Source: Bacilli bacterium (GTDB lineage: Bacteria; Bacillota_I; Bacilli_A; RF39; UBA660). Taken from it: DNA of 64,000 bases. Below, in pieces: positions 9,158 to 16,797 of the stretch. The notes beneath the pieces were generated by a model that was not told the DNA's origin, searched no databases, and saw only the letters and a program-made list of their open reading frames with translations. The stretch covers positions 4,252-68,251 of the forward strand of contig CAAGEE010000002.1 in assembly GCA_900768815.1 (NCBI GenBank). The letters run 5' to 3'. The translations under genes were made by a program, and so were the position numbers. Positions within the stretch are counted from its first letter, which is position 1; every line of letters starts with the position of its first letter.

Positions 9158-10534
9158 ATGATACAAAGACAAAAGGGATGCAATGATATTTTTGGAAGAG
9201 AAGCTAAGATTTGGAAGTATATTGACAGTGTAATTGATGCAGTTATGGAAAAGTATAATTATACTTATATTCGCACTCCAATATTTGAAGCTACTGAATT
9301 ATTTCACCGTGGAGTTGGAGAAACTACAGATATTGTTACAAAAGAAAGTTATGATTTTATAGACAAGGGTGGAAGAAATATTACATTAAGACCTGAAGGT
9401 ACAGCTGGTGTTGTTAGAGCTTATATTGAAAATAAAATGTATGGTGATCCTAATCAACCAGTTAAAGTATATTATAATGGAACAATGTATAGATATGAAA
9501 GGCCACAATCTGGAAGAGACAGAGAACTTACTCAATTTGGAGTTGAGGTTTTAGGTACTGATGATCCAATGAGTGATGCTGAGGTTATTTCTGTTGCTGT
9601 TAATGTATATAGAATGCTTGGTTTAAAAGAGATAAAAGTTAATATTAATTCACTTGGTGATGATGATTCAAGAAAAGCCTATAGAGAAGCTTTAGTTGAA
9701 TATTTTAAACCACATATTGATGAATTATGTGATGATTGTAAGGCTAGATTAGAGAAAAATCCACTTAGAATATTAGATTGTAAAGTGGATGCTGAAAATG
9801 AAATTATGAAGAAGGCTCCTAAGACTTTGGATTATTTGAATGATGAAAGCCGTGATCGTTTTGAAAAGGTTTGCGATTATTTGGATATTTTAGGAATTAA
9901 GTATGAAATTAATCCTAGTATAGTTAGAGGACTTGATTATTATAATCATACAGTATTTGAGATTGAAGCTAAAGTTAAGGGATTTGGTGCTAATAATGTA
10001 ATTGGTGCTGGTGGTCGTTATAATGGGCTTGTTAGTCAACTTGATGGACCAGAAACTGCTTGTGTAGGATTTGCTTCTGGTATTGGTAGATTAGTTATGG
10101 CTTTAGAACTTGAAAAGGTTAAATTACCAATAGTTGATGATATAGATTTATTTTTAATGTATGTTAATGAAGATGAAAAAAAGTATGCGTTATATTTGGC
10201 ACAAGAGTTGAGAACTGCTGGATTTATTGTTGATACAGAATATACTGGTAGAGGTTTAAAGGGACAATTTAAACAAGCTGATAGATTAAATGCTAAATTT
10301 ACTTGTGTTTTAAATAGTGAAGACTTAAATAATAACGAAGTTAAAATTAAGAATAATAAAACTAAAGAAGAAGAAATTATTAGTTTAGATGCCATACTTT
10401 ATTATTTAGATGAAAAAACTAGTACTATGGAAGATAATGAGACTTGCAGATGCGGTTGTGATTGCTCTTCAGAAAGTGATGGAGACTGTGACTGCGGTGA
10501 TGATGGGTGTAGCTGTGGCGGATGCCATAAATAG
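9158..10534 (+). CDS. hisS: histidine--tRNA ligase with a Cys/Asp-rich C-terminal tail
   Basis: Class II aaRS motifs (RYERPQSGRDRELTQFGVE, GGRYNGL). ATG 9158 follows AGGAGG; the track start 9128 lies inside the T-box terminator. Confidence 0.95.
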   Translation: MIQRQKGCNDIFGREAKIWKYIDSVIDAVMEKYNYTYIRTPIFEATELFHRGVGETTDIVTKESYDFIDKGGRNITLRPEGTAGVVRAYIENKMYGDPNQPVKVYYNGTMYRYERPQSGRDRELTQFGVEVLGTDDPMSDAEVISVAVNVYRMLGLKEIKVNINSLGDDDSRKAYREALVEYFKPHIDELCDDCKARLEKNPLRILDCKVDAENEIMKKAPKTLDYLNDESRDRFEKVCDYLDILGIKYEINPSIVRGLDYYNHTVFEIEAKVKGFGANNVIGAGGRYNGLVSQLDGPETACVGFASGIGRLVMALELEKVKLPIVDDIDLFLMYVNEDEKKYALYLAQELRTAGFIVDTEYTGRGLKGQFKQADRLNAKFTCVLNSEDLNNNEVKIKNNKTKEEEIISLDAILYYLDEKTSTMEDNETCRCGCDCSSESDGDCDCGDDGCSCGGCHK

Positions 10535-10546
10535 GAGGTGTTGATA

Positions 10547-12286
10547 ATGAAAGAGATTAATAATAATACTTTAATAATTAATGATGTAGAAAAAGAAGTA
10601 ACTTTATATGGTTGGATACAAAAGAAACGCGATTTGGGTGGAGTTTGCTTTATTGATTTAAGAGATAGATCGGGAATTGTACAATTAGTAGCAAGAGAAG
10701 GTAAATGTTATGAAATTGCTAGCCAATTAAAGAGTGAATCAGTAATAAAAGTAGTAGGAGTAGTTAGTGAGAGAGAATCTAAAAATAAAAATATTCCTAC
10801 TGGAGATATTGAAGTAGAACTTTCTGATATTGAGGTTTTAAATTCATGTAAAGATTTACCATTCGAAATAAGTGATGATACAACCGCTTTGGAAGATACA
10901 AGGTTAAAGTATCGCTATTTAGATATTAGAAGAAGAACAGTTACAAATAATTTAGTAACAAGACATAAGATTACAATGGCTATTAGAAATTTTTTAGATA
11001 AAGAAAACTTCTTAGAAGTTGAAACTCCAGTACTTTGTAAATCAACTCCAGAAGGAGCACGAGATTACTTGGTACCGAGCAGAGTGAATAAAGGTAAGTT
11101 TTATGCATTACCACAATCTCCTCAAATATTTAAGCAGCTTTTAATGGTTGGAGGAATTGAGAGGTATTTCCAAATTGCTAAATGTTTTAGAGATGAAGAT
11201 TTAAGAAGTGATCGACAACCTGAATTTACACAAGTAGATTTAGAAATGAGTTTTGTAGATCAAGAGGATGTTATGAGTCTTACTGAAAGATTAGTTGCTC
11301 ATGTATTTAAGGAAATTAGAGGTATTGATATTAAGTTACCATTAATGAGAATGAAATATGATGTTGCAATGGATAAGTATGGTTCTGATAAACCGGATTT
11401 AAGATTTGATCTTGAAATACAAGATATTACTGAAATATTTAAAAATACTGAGTTTTCTATGTTTAGAAATGTTATAGAAAATAAGGGTATTGTTAACTGT
11501 TTGGTTGTCAAAGGTAAAGCTGCAGAATTTTCTAGAAAAAAGCTTGATGCTTTAACAGAATTTGTTAAGACTTATAAAGCATCTGGTCTTGCATATTTAA
11601 AGATTGAAGATGAAGTTACTGGTAGTATCGCTAAAGCTATTAGTGCAGATGAAGTTAATTCTTTAAAAGATGTTTTAGGTCTTGAGAAAGGTGACTTAGT
11701 ATTAATAGTTGCTGATAGTAAGTATAATGTTGTTAAAGTATCTTTAGGTGCATTACGTTGTAAATTAGCAAGGGATCTTGATTTAATTAAGAAAGATGAC
11801 TTTAAATTATGTTGGGTAGTAGAATTTCCTTCATTTGAGTATAGTGAAGAAGAGGGAAGATATGTAGCTTGTCATCATCCGTTTACTTCACCTCTTGATA
11901 GTGATGTAGATAAACTTCTTAACGATAAAGCACATTGTTATTCTAAAGCATATGACATAGTTATTAATGGTTATGAAGCAGGTGGAGGATCTATTCGTAT
12001 TCATGATGAAAAAGTACAAGAAAAGATGTTTAGAGCTTTGGAACTTACCGAAGAAGATATTAAAAATAAATTTGGTTTCTTTGTAGAGGCTTTAAAATAT
12101 GGTACACCTCCACATGGTGGACTTGCGTTGGGACTTGATCGTTTAACAATGTTACTTACAGGAACAGATAATATTCGTGATGTTATAGCGTTTCCTAAAA
12201 CGGCAAGTGCTTCATGTTTAATGAGTGAATGTCCTAATACAGTAGATAAAAAGCAATTAGATGATTTAGGAATTATGATAAAATAA
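10547..12286 (+). CDS. aspS: aspartate--tRNA ligase
   Basis: OB-fold N-terminus, FRDEDLRSDRQPEFTQVD (motif 2), GGLALGLDRL (motif 3). ATG 10547 is 8 nt after AGGAGG. Confidence 0.95.
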   Translation: MKEINNNTLIINDVEKEVTLYGWIQKKRDLGGVCFIDLRDRSGIVQLVAREGKCYEIASQLKSESVIKVVGVVSERESKNKNIPTGDIEVELSDIEVLNSCKDLPFEISDDTTALEDTRLKYRYLDIRRRTVTNNLVTRHKITMAIRNFLDKENFLEVETPVLCKSTPEGARDYLVPSRVNKGKFYALPQSPQIFKQLLMVGGIERYFQIAKCFRDEDLRSDRQPEFTQVDLEMSFVDQEDVMSLTERLVAHVFKEIRGIDIKLPLMRMKYDVAMDKYGSDKPDLRFDLEIQDITEIFKNTEFSMFRNVIENKGIVNCLVVKGKAAEFSRKKLDALTEFVKTYKASGLAYLKIEDEVTGSIAKAISADEVNSLKDVLGLEKGDLVLIVADSKYNVVKVSLGALRCKLARDLDLIKKDDFKLCWVVEFPSFEYSEEEGRYVACHHPFTSPLDSDVDKLLNDKAHCYSKAYDIVINGYEAGGGSIRIHDEKVQEKMFRALELTEEDIKNKFGFFVEALKYGTPPHGGLALGLDRLTMLLTGTDNIRDVIAFPKTASASCLMSECPNTVDKKQLDDLGIMIK

Positions 12287-12309
12287 GTTACGTAAATCGT
12301 AACTTTTTT
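12287..12309 (+). terminator. intrinsic terminator after aspS
   Basis: GTTACG-taaat-CGTAAC hairpin followed by TTTTTT. Confidence 0.75.
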
Positions 12310-12366
12310 CTTTGCTAGTTCTGTTGTTTTTATATAAAATGTGTTATACTTTTAGTAGATGAAGAT

Positions 12367-13224
12367 ATGGTGAAAAATATGGAAGAAAAAGAAATCAAAA
12401 ATAAAAAAATTAGTAGTAGCCAAGATAATAAATCTTTAAAGAAAAATAATAGTGTTGATATTAATGATGAAAATACTGATAGTAAGGTAGATAAGAATAT
12501 TGATGTTAAGGATCAGAAAAGGAAGGTCACTAAGAAAGAAAAAAAGTCTTTAAAGAAAGAGGATAAGAAGACAAAGACGAATGGGAAGAAAGACAAAAAA
12601 AAGCTTACTCAGGCTGATATAAAAAAATATTCTTCAACGCAGATTGATCATGTTATTTTAAAGATTAAGGCTAATGAACGTAAATATACAATTATTTCTG
12701 TATGTATTATCTTGTTTGCATTTTTAGTTTGTTCTTATATTATTTTTTCAGCAATACAAGAGTCTAATGTAAAGCCAACTTTTAAAGTTGGTAAACTTTA
12801 TTATGAGTTTAATGAAACTAAAAATGGTTTGGGAGATGTAATTAGTTTAGTAGATGTTTCTCCAATTAGTGATAAAGATGGCATGAAGACAAAGACTTAT
12901 ACTATTAAGTTATATAATTCTGGTAAAGAAAAGCAAAAGTTTAAGATATTTATTTCTGATGATAAGGAAATGATAGCATTTGATGAGTGTGGTGACAAAG
13001 TAGTAGAAAGAGACTTTATAAAATATAGTATTAATGATAAAAAGGCTTTGGCGCTTGATAATGATGAAGAAGTTAGTATTATATCTAGTACATTGGCACC
13101 TAAAGAAAGTAGAATTTATACAATTAGATGTTGGGTTAGTGATACTTACACTAAGAGTGATGTTGTGCATTATCATGGTACTATTTCAGTTAGATTAGAT
13201 AATAGTGAAAATAAAGCTAAGTGA
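12367..13224 (+). CDS. membrane-anchored protein with a Lys-rich N-terminus, unknown function
   Basis: About 100 aa of K/D/E low complexity, one TM (YTIISVCIILFAFLVCSYIIFSAI), then a ~160-aa beta-rich external domain. No family recognised. Confidence 0.55.
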   Translation: MVKNMEEKEIKNKKISSSQDNKSLKKNNSVDINDENTDSKVDKNIDVKDQKRKVTKKEKKSLKKEDKKTKTNGKKDKKKLTQADIKKYSSTQIDHVILKIKANERKYTIISVCIILFAFLVCSYIIFSAIQESNVKPTFKVGKLYYEFNETKNGLGDVISLVDVSPISDKDGMKTKTYTIKLYNSGKEKQKFKIFISDDKEMIAFDECGDKVVERDFIKYSINDKKALALDNDEEVSIISSTLAPKESRIYTIRCWVSDTYTKSDVVHYHGTISVRLDNSENKAK

Positions 13225-13228
13225 AGCT

Positions 13229-13999
13229 TTATTTTTTTTGATTTTTTATAAATTCTAGGATTATTTGATTTGTTAAGTATGGATATTGGAGATAAGAAAA
13301 ATGATTTCCTTTTGGGAAGATTATTAAGGCTGAATCTTTTAGCAGGTTATTCATTTTATAGCCGTCTTTTAGAGGTGTTGTGTCATCTAGTTTACCCCAG
13401 AGAAGTAAAACTTCACTTTCAATACTTTTCAAATAATATACTAAGTTTTCGTTAACAATATTTTGAAATGTTTTATGCATACTTGGTGGTAGGGTTTGAT
13501 AGTCTGATGAACCAAATATTTTTAGAAGTTTTTGTTTATAGTACTCTTGTTTTAGTTTTGGAAAGATTTTGGTTAATTTTTTTAGGAGTTTATATGTTTT
13601 TTCTTTTAGGAATCGTTTGAAAGTTTTTCTAGGTTTTATTGTAGCGGCATCGATGTAGATAATTTTATCTATTTTTTCTTTATAGTAACCAGCTAGGAGA
13701 GTAGTTATTCTTCCTCCAAAAGAATGAGCTATAATGATGGGATTTACAATGTTATTTTCTTCTAGAAAGTCACGAATTATATTTGTATAGTCATAAATTG
13801 TTAGTTCATCTTGAGGAATAGGACTATTACCAAAGCCAGGGTAATCTATTATGTAAATTGTATAATCTTCTTTGAAAAAATTTATTATACTCGTAAATGT
13901 TGTTCTTGTGTTTCCCCAACCTGGTAGAATTAAAATTACTTTGTCTTTAGTACCATATTTTTCATAATAAATCGATATATTTTTGGTGTTAAAATACAT
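13229..13999 (-). CDS. alpha/beta-fold hydrolase
   Basis: 256 aa. LPGWG oxyanion region, nucleophile elbow AHSFGG, C-terminal GNHF. Confidence 0.8.
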   Translation of the reverse strand: MYFNTKNISIYYEKYGTKDKVILILPGWGNTRTTFTSIINFFKEDYTIYIIDYPGFGNSPIPQDELTIYDYTNIIRDFLEENNIVNPIIIAHSFGGRITTLLAGYYKEKIDKIIYIDAATIKPRKTFKRFLKEKTYKLLKKLTKIFPKLKQEYYKQKLLKIFGSSDYQTLPPSMHKTFQNIVNENLVYYLKSIESEVLLLWGKLDDTTPLKDGYKMNNLLKDSALIIFPKGNHFSYLQYPYLTNQIILEFIKNQKK

Positions 14000-14085
14000 A
14001 TATATTCACCTATAGTAATGTATGTTAAAGTGTCAATTTAGTGAAAATGTATTGTATAAAATTTTCTTAATATGGTACAATAATA

Positions 14086-14269
14086 GTGTCAGATGGATGC
14101 GACACCGACACTTTTAAAACCGACTAAAGTGACGATAAGGGAGTTCTGATCTGTTATTGGTGTTGAAGGCCTGTATTTATATGGGAATCCTAAAAATAAC
14201 GTACGAACACCCACCTGGACGAGAGAACAGGTTTTATCGTTTGTTAGGACGCTCTGGTCTGACTTTTTT
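14086..14269 (+). ncRNA. candidate 6S RNA (SsrS/BsrA-like) or other structured sRNA
   Basis: Own promoter (TTGTAT 14052-57, TGgTACAAT 14073-81). About 180 nt, visibly more GC-rich than its flanks. The 5' end GTCAGATGGATGCG pairs with the 3' end CGCTCTGGTCTGAC and is followed by T6. The next gene has a separate promoter (TTGTTC-17-TGgTATAAT, 14271-99). Lies between aspS and tcdA(yrvM), where I recall B. subtilis bsrA being. Confidence 0.45.
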
Positions 14270-14320
14270 ATTGTTCAAAAACACTTTTTGTGGTATAATA
14301 AGCCATGCGAGGTGATTAGA

Positions 14321-15130
14321 ATGTTGATTTTACCAATTATTAATAGAAATAGAATACTAAACGTTAGTATTAGTTATAAAGAGGCTGCTAAGATTAGAGT
14401 GGATGTAGAGCTAGAAGATACTTTACCCAGTGATATTATAGTTAGTGGTAAAAGTTTTAATTCATCAGCTTTTTATGATTCAAAAGATAAAACTAATATA
14501 GTTGAATTTATTAGAAATAATTCTATTTTGTATAGAAGAAGTGTTTTAGTTACTACCAAGAGTAGACGTGATAGCTGTAACTATGATGTATATGATGTCG
14601 GCGTTGCACCTAGAAAAATTAGTATGGCAACAGATATGCTCTATATTAGAGCTATTTTAGATTTAGAGAAAGAGTTACCTGGAGTTGTTAGAGGTAAGTA
14701 TATATCTTTTGAAGAGTTAGGTTTTGGAGAAGTCTTTTCAGATGATAAGATTTCTAGACTTAAGAGGATTGTTACTTCTAATCCTACTAGTAGGTGGGAG
14801 ATGTTATTTAAAGAAAACAATCTTATGGATATGATAGAGACGCTAGCGTTTCTAAAAAGTTTTGATTGTATAGTTGTTAGTGAAGCATCAGTACCAGAAG
14901 AGACTATGCAACAAGTTTTAGCAAGTTTTGAAAAAATCTGTTCTAGAGATACTAAGAGTTTGAATAAGTATTATAGTATGGCAGAGGAAAATAGAGATTT
15001 ATATGCAAAGATGACTTATGTTAATAAATTGGTTTATGGTAGGCCACTTGATTTAATACAGTCTAAATCACAAAAAAATAGACAATTAATAAAAAAAGAA
15101 GAGAATTGGGAGAGTAAAAAGGGTGCATAA
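14321..15130 (+). CDS. hypothetical protein
   Basis: ATG 14321 follows a GAGGTGA RBS. 269 aa, soluble, no motif recognised. Its 3' end overlaps the tcdA start by 8 nt. Confidence 0.6.
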   Translation: MLILPIINRNRILNVSISYKEAAKIRVDVELEDTLPSDIIVSGKSFNSSAFYDSKDKTNIVEFIRNNSILYRRSVLVTTKSRRDSCNYDVYDVGVAPRKISMATDMLYIRAILDLEKELPGVVRGKYISFEELGFGEVFSDDKISRLKRIVTSNPTSRWEMLFKENNLMDMIETLAFLKSFDCIVVSEASVPEETMQQVLASFEKICSRDTKSLNKYYSMAEENRDLYAKMTYVNKLVYGRPLDLIQSKSQKNRQLIKKEENWESKKGA

Positions 15131-15815
15131 GTTTGATAGATTTAAAAAGATAGTTGGAGAGGATAAAGTTAATTATCTTGGAGAAAAATGTGTTTTAGTA
15201 CTTGGTGTTGGTGGTGTTGGTGGATATGTTGTTGAAGGACTAGTTAGATCTGGTATTGGCAAGATAATTGTTGTTGATAATGATATTGTTGATGAGACTA
15301 ATATTAATAGACAGATTATTGCAACTGATAGTAGTATTGGTAAGAAGAAAGTTGATGTAATAGAGAAGCGCATTAAAGATATAAATAGTTTGGTTGAAGT
15401 TATTAAGATTGATAAATTTATTGATAAAGATAATTTGAATGAACTATTTAAGTATCAGTTTGATTACTTAGTTGATGCTTGTGATACTGTTAGTACCAAG
15501 TTAGCAGTAATTGATAGGTGTTTGAAGGATAAGAGAAGAATTATTTCTAGTATGGGTACTGGTAATAAACTTGATCCTAGTATGTTAGAAATTGTTGATA
15601 TTAGAAAGACTATTAATGATCCTTTGGCTAGAATTGTTAGAAAGTATGTAAAAGATAATAAGATTAATAGCAAGCTTATGGTATTATCTTCTAGAGAGTT
15701 ACCAGTAAAAACTGGAGATAGGACACCTGGCTCTACGGCTTTTGTACCTAGTTCTGCTGGGTTATTGATTGCTAGTTATATAGTTAGACAATTTATTGAA
15801 GAAGTTCAAGATTAG
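15123..15815 (+). CDS. tcdA: tRNA threonylcarbamoyladenosine dehydratase (ThiF/E1-like, YrvM/TcdA family)
   Basis: GVGGVGG Rossmann loop, VDNDIVDETNINRQ, DACD motif, ~230 aa. Syntenic with B. subtilis yrvM. Confidence 0.8.
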   Translation: MHKFDRFKKIVGEDKVNYLGEKCVLVLGVGGVGGYVVEGLVRSGIGKIIVVDNDIVDETNINRQIIATDSSIGKKKVDVIEKRIKDINSLVEVIKIDKFIDKDNLNELFKYQFDYLVDACDTVSTKLAVIDRCLKDKRRIISSMGTGNKLDPSMLEIVDIRKTINDPLARIVRKYVKDNKINSKLMVLSSRELPVKTGDRTPGSTAFVPSSAGLLIASYIVRQFIEEVQD

Positions 15816-15822
15816 AACAACA

Positions 15823-15850
15823 AAAAAGTCAGAAAGTTTTCTGGCTTTTT
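15823..15850. terminator. bidirectional terminator between tcdA and lexA
   Basis: AAAAAGTCAG / CTGGCTTTTT stem flanked by A- and T-runs, between convergent genes. Confidence 0.65.
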
Positions 15851-15853
15851 GTT

Positions 15854-16471
15854 TTAGAATCTACGATATAGGCCCACTGCTTTACCTAGTATGGTTACTT
15901 CTTTTAGAATAATTGGTGCCATAGTATCATTTTCTGGCTGTAATCTAAAATGGTCTTTTTCTTTATAAAAAGTTTTAACTGTTACTTCATTGTCACTATT
16001 CATTGCTACTACGGTGTCACCATTATTAGCTGTGTTTTGTCTTTCAACTATTAAGATGTCACCATCATAAATACCAATATTTATCATGGATTCTCCAGAT
16101 ACTTTTAAAGTAAAAGTTTCTTTTTTGGGATTAATTAAGTTTGCTGGTAGAGAAAAATATTCATCTGGTGTTTCAATTGCTTCTATTGGAGTACCAGCAG
16201 TTACTTTACCAAGTAGAGGAACTTCAACAACGTTTTCTTCTTTTTCAATATATTCATTTGGCACTAGTATTTCAATAGTTCTATTTTTACTATTACCTTT
16301 TTTTATGTATCCTTTTTCTTCAAGTTTGGTTAAATGAAAATGAATAGTTGCGGGAGAATTAAGATGGGCTTTAGTACCAATTTCCCTGACGGTAGGTGGA
16401 TAACCATTTTTAGCAACAAGCTGTTTGATTACTTGTAATATATATTCTTGGCGAGCAGTTAATTTTTCCAT
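15854..16471 (-). CDS. lexA: LexA repressor
   Basis: wHTH N-terminus, Ala-Gly cleavage site (KVTAGTP), Ser-Lys dyad (VSGESM ... VTVKTF). Confidence 0.95.
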   Translation of the reverse strand: MEKLTARQEYILQVIKQLVAKNGYPPTVREIGTKAHLNSPATIHFHLTKLEEKGYIKKGNSKNRTIEILVPNEYIEKEENVVEVPLLGKVTAGTPIEAIETPDEYFSLPANLINPKKETFTLKVSGESMINIGIYDGDILIVERQNTANNGDTVVAMNSDNEVTVKTFYKEKDHFRLQPENDTMAPIILKEVTILGKAVGLYRRF

Positions 16472-16518
16472 ATAATCACTCCTTATGACAATAGTTTAAC
16501 ATTATAAATGTAAAATGT

Positions 16519-16532
16519 CAAACAAATGTTTC
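16519..16532. promoter_or_regulatory. weak LexA (Cheo-type) box at the lexA promoter
   Basis: CAAACAAATGTTTC keeps the AAC-N4-GTT core. On the minus strand it abuts a TTGACA -35 upstream of lexA. Confidence 0.45.
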
Positions 16533-16547
16533 ATTTAACAATTGACA

Positions 16548-16561
16548 CGAACAAGTGTACG
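16548..16561. promoter_or_regulatory. LexA (Cheo-type) box inside a + strand promoter
   Basis: CGAACAAGTGTACG versus CGAAC-N4-GTTCG, one mismatch. It fills the start of the 17-nt spacer between TTGACA (16542-47) and TATAAT (16565-70). Confidence 0.7.
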
Positions 16562-16598
16562 AGATATAATGTATTTGTAGTTGAGAGGAGTGATTAGT

Positions 16599-16748
16599 AT
16601 GATAATAAAATTTGACTTAAGAAAGGTATTGATTATATTAGCAATATATTGTTTTGTAACATTATGTTTATTTATGGCTGCTGATCATTTGAAGAGATTG
16701 GAGAATATTTATAACGAGACAGTTAGTTGTACAAATATTGACAAGTAG
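16599..16748 (+). CDS. 49-aa single-pass membrane peptide, candidate SOS-induced gene (not in the ORF track)
   Basis: GAGAGGAG RBS 8 nt before the ATG. MIIKFDLRKVLIILAIYCFVTLCLFMAADHLKRLENIYNETVSCTNIDK. Driven by the LexA-box promoter and divergent from lexA. Confidence 0.55.
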   Translation: MIIKFDLRKVLIILAIYCFVTLCLFMAADHLKRLENIYNETVSCTNIDK

Positions 16749-16797
16749 GATAGAAAAAGAATTAAATTTTGTGATATACTAAATTATAGGTGATATT

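Noticed and set aside
14308-14327. A 20-nt identical string, gaggtgattagaatgttgat, occurs here and at 50085-50104 (nfo start). I considered a repeat or mobile-element end.
   Set aside because: In both places it is simply a GAGGTGA RBS plus ATG-TTG-AT (Met-Leu-Ile). Similarity stops immediately on both sides and nothing repeat-like flanks either copy.
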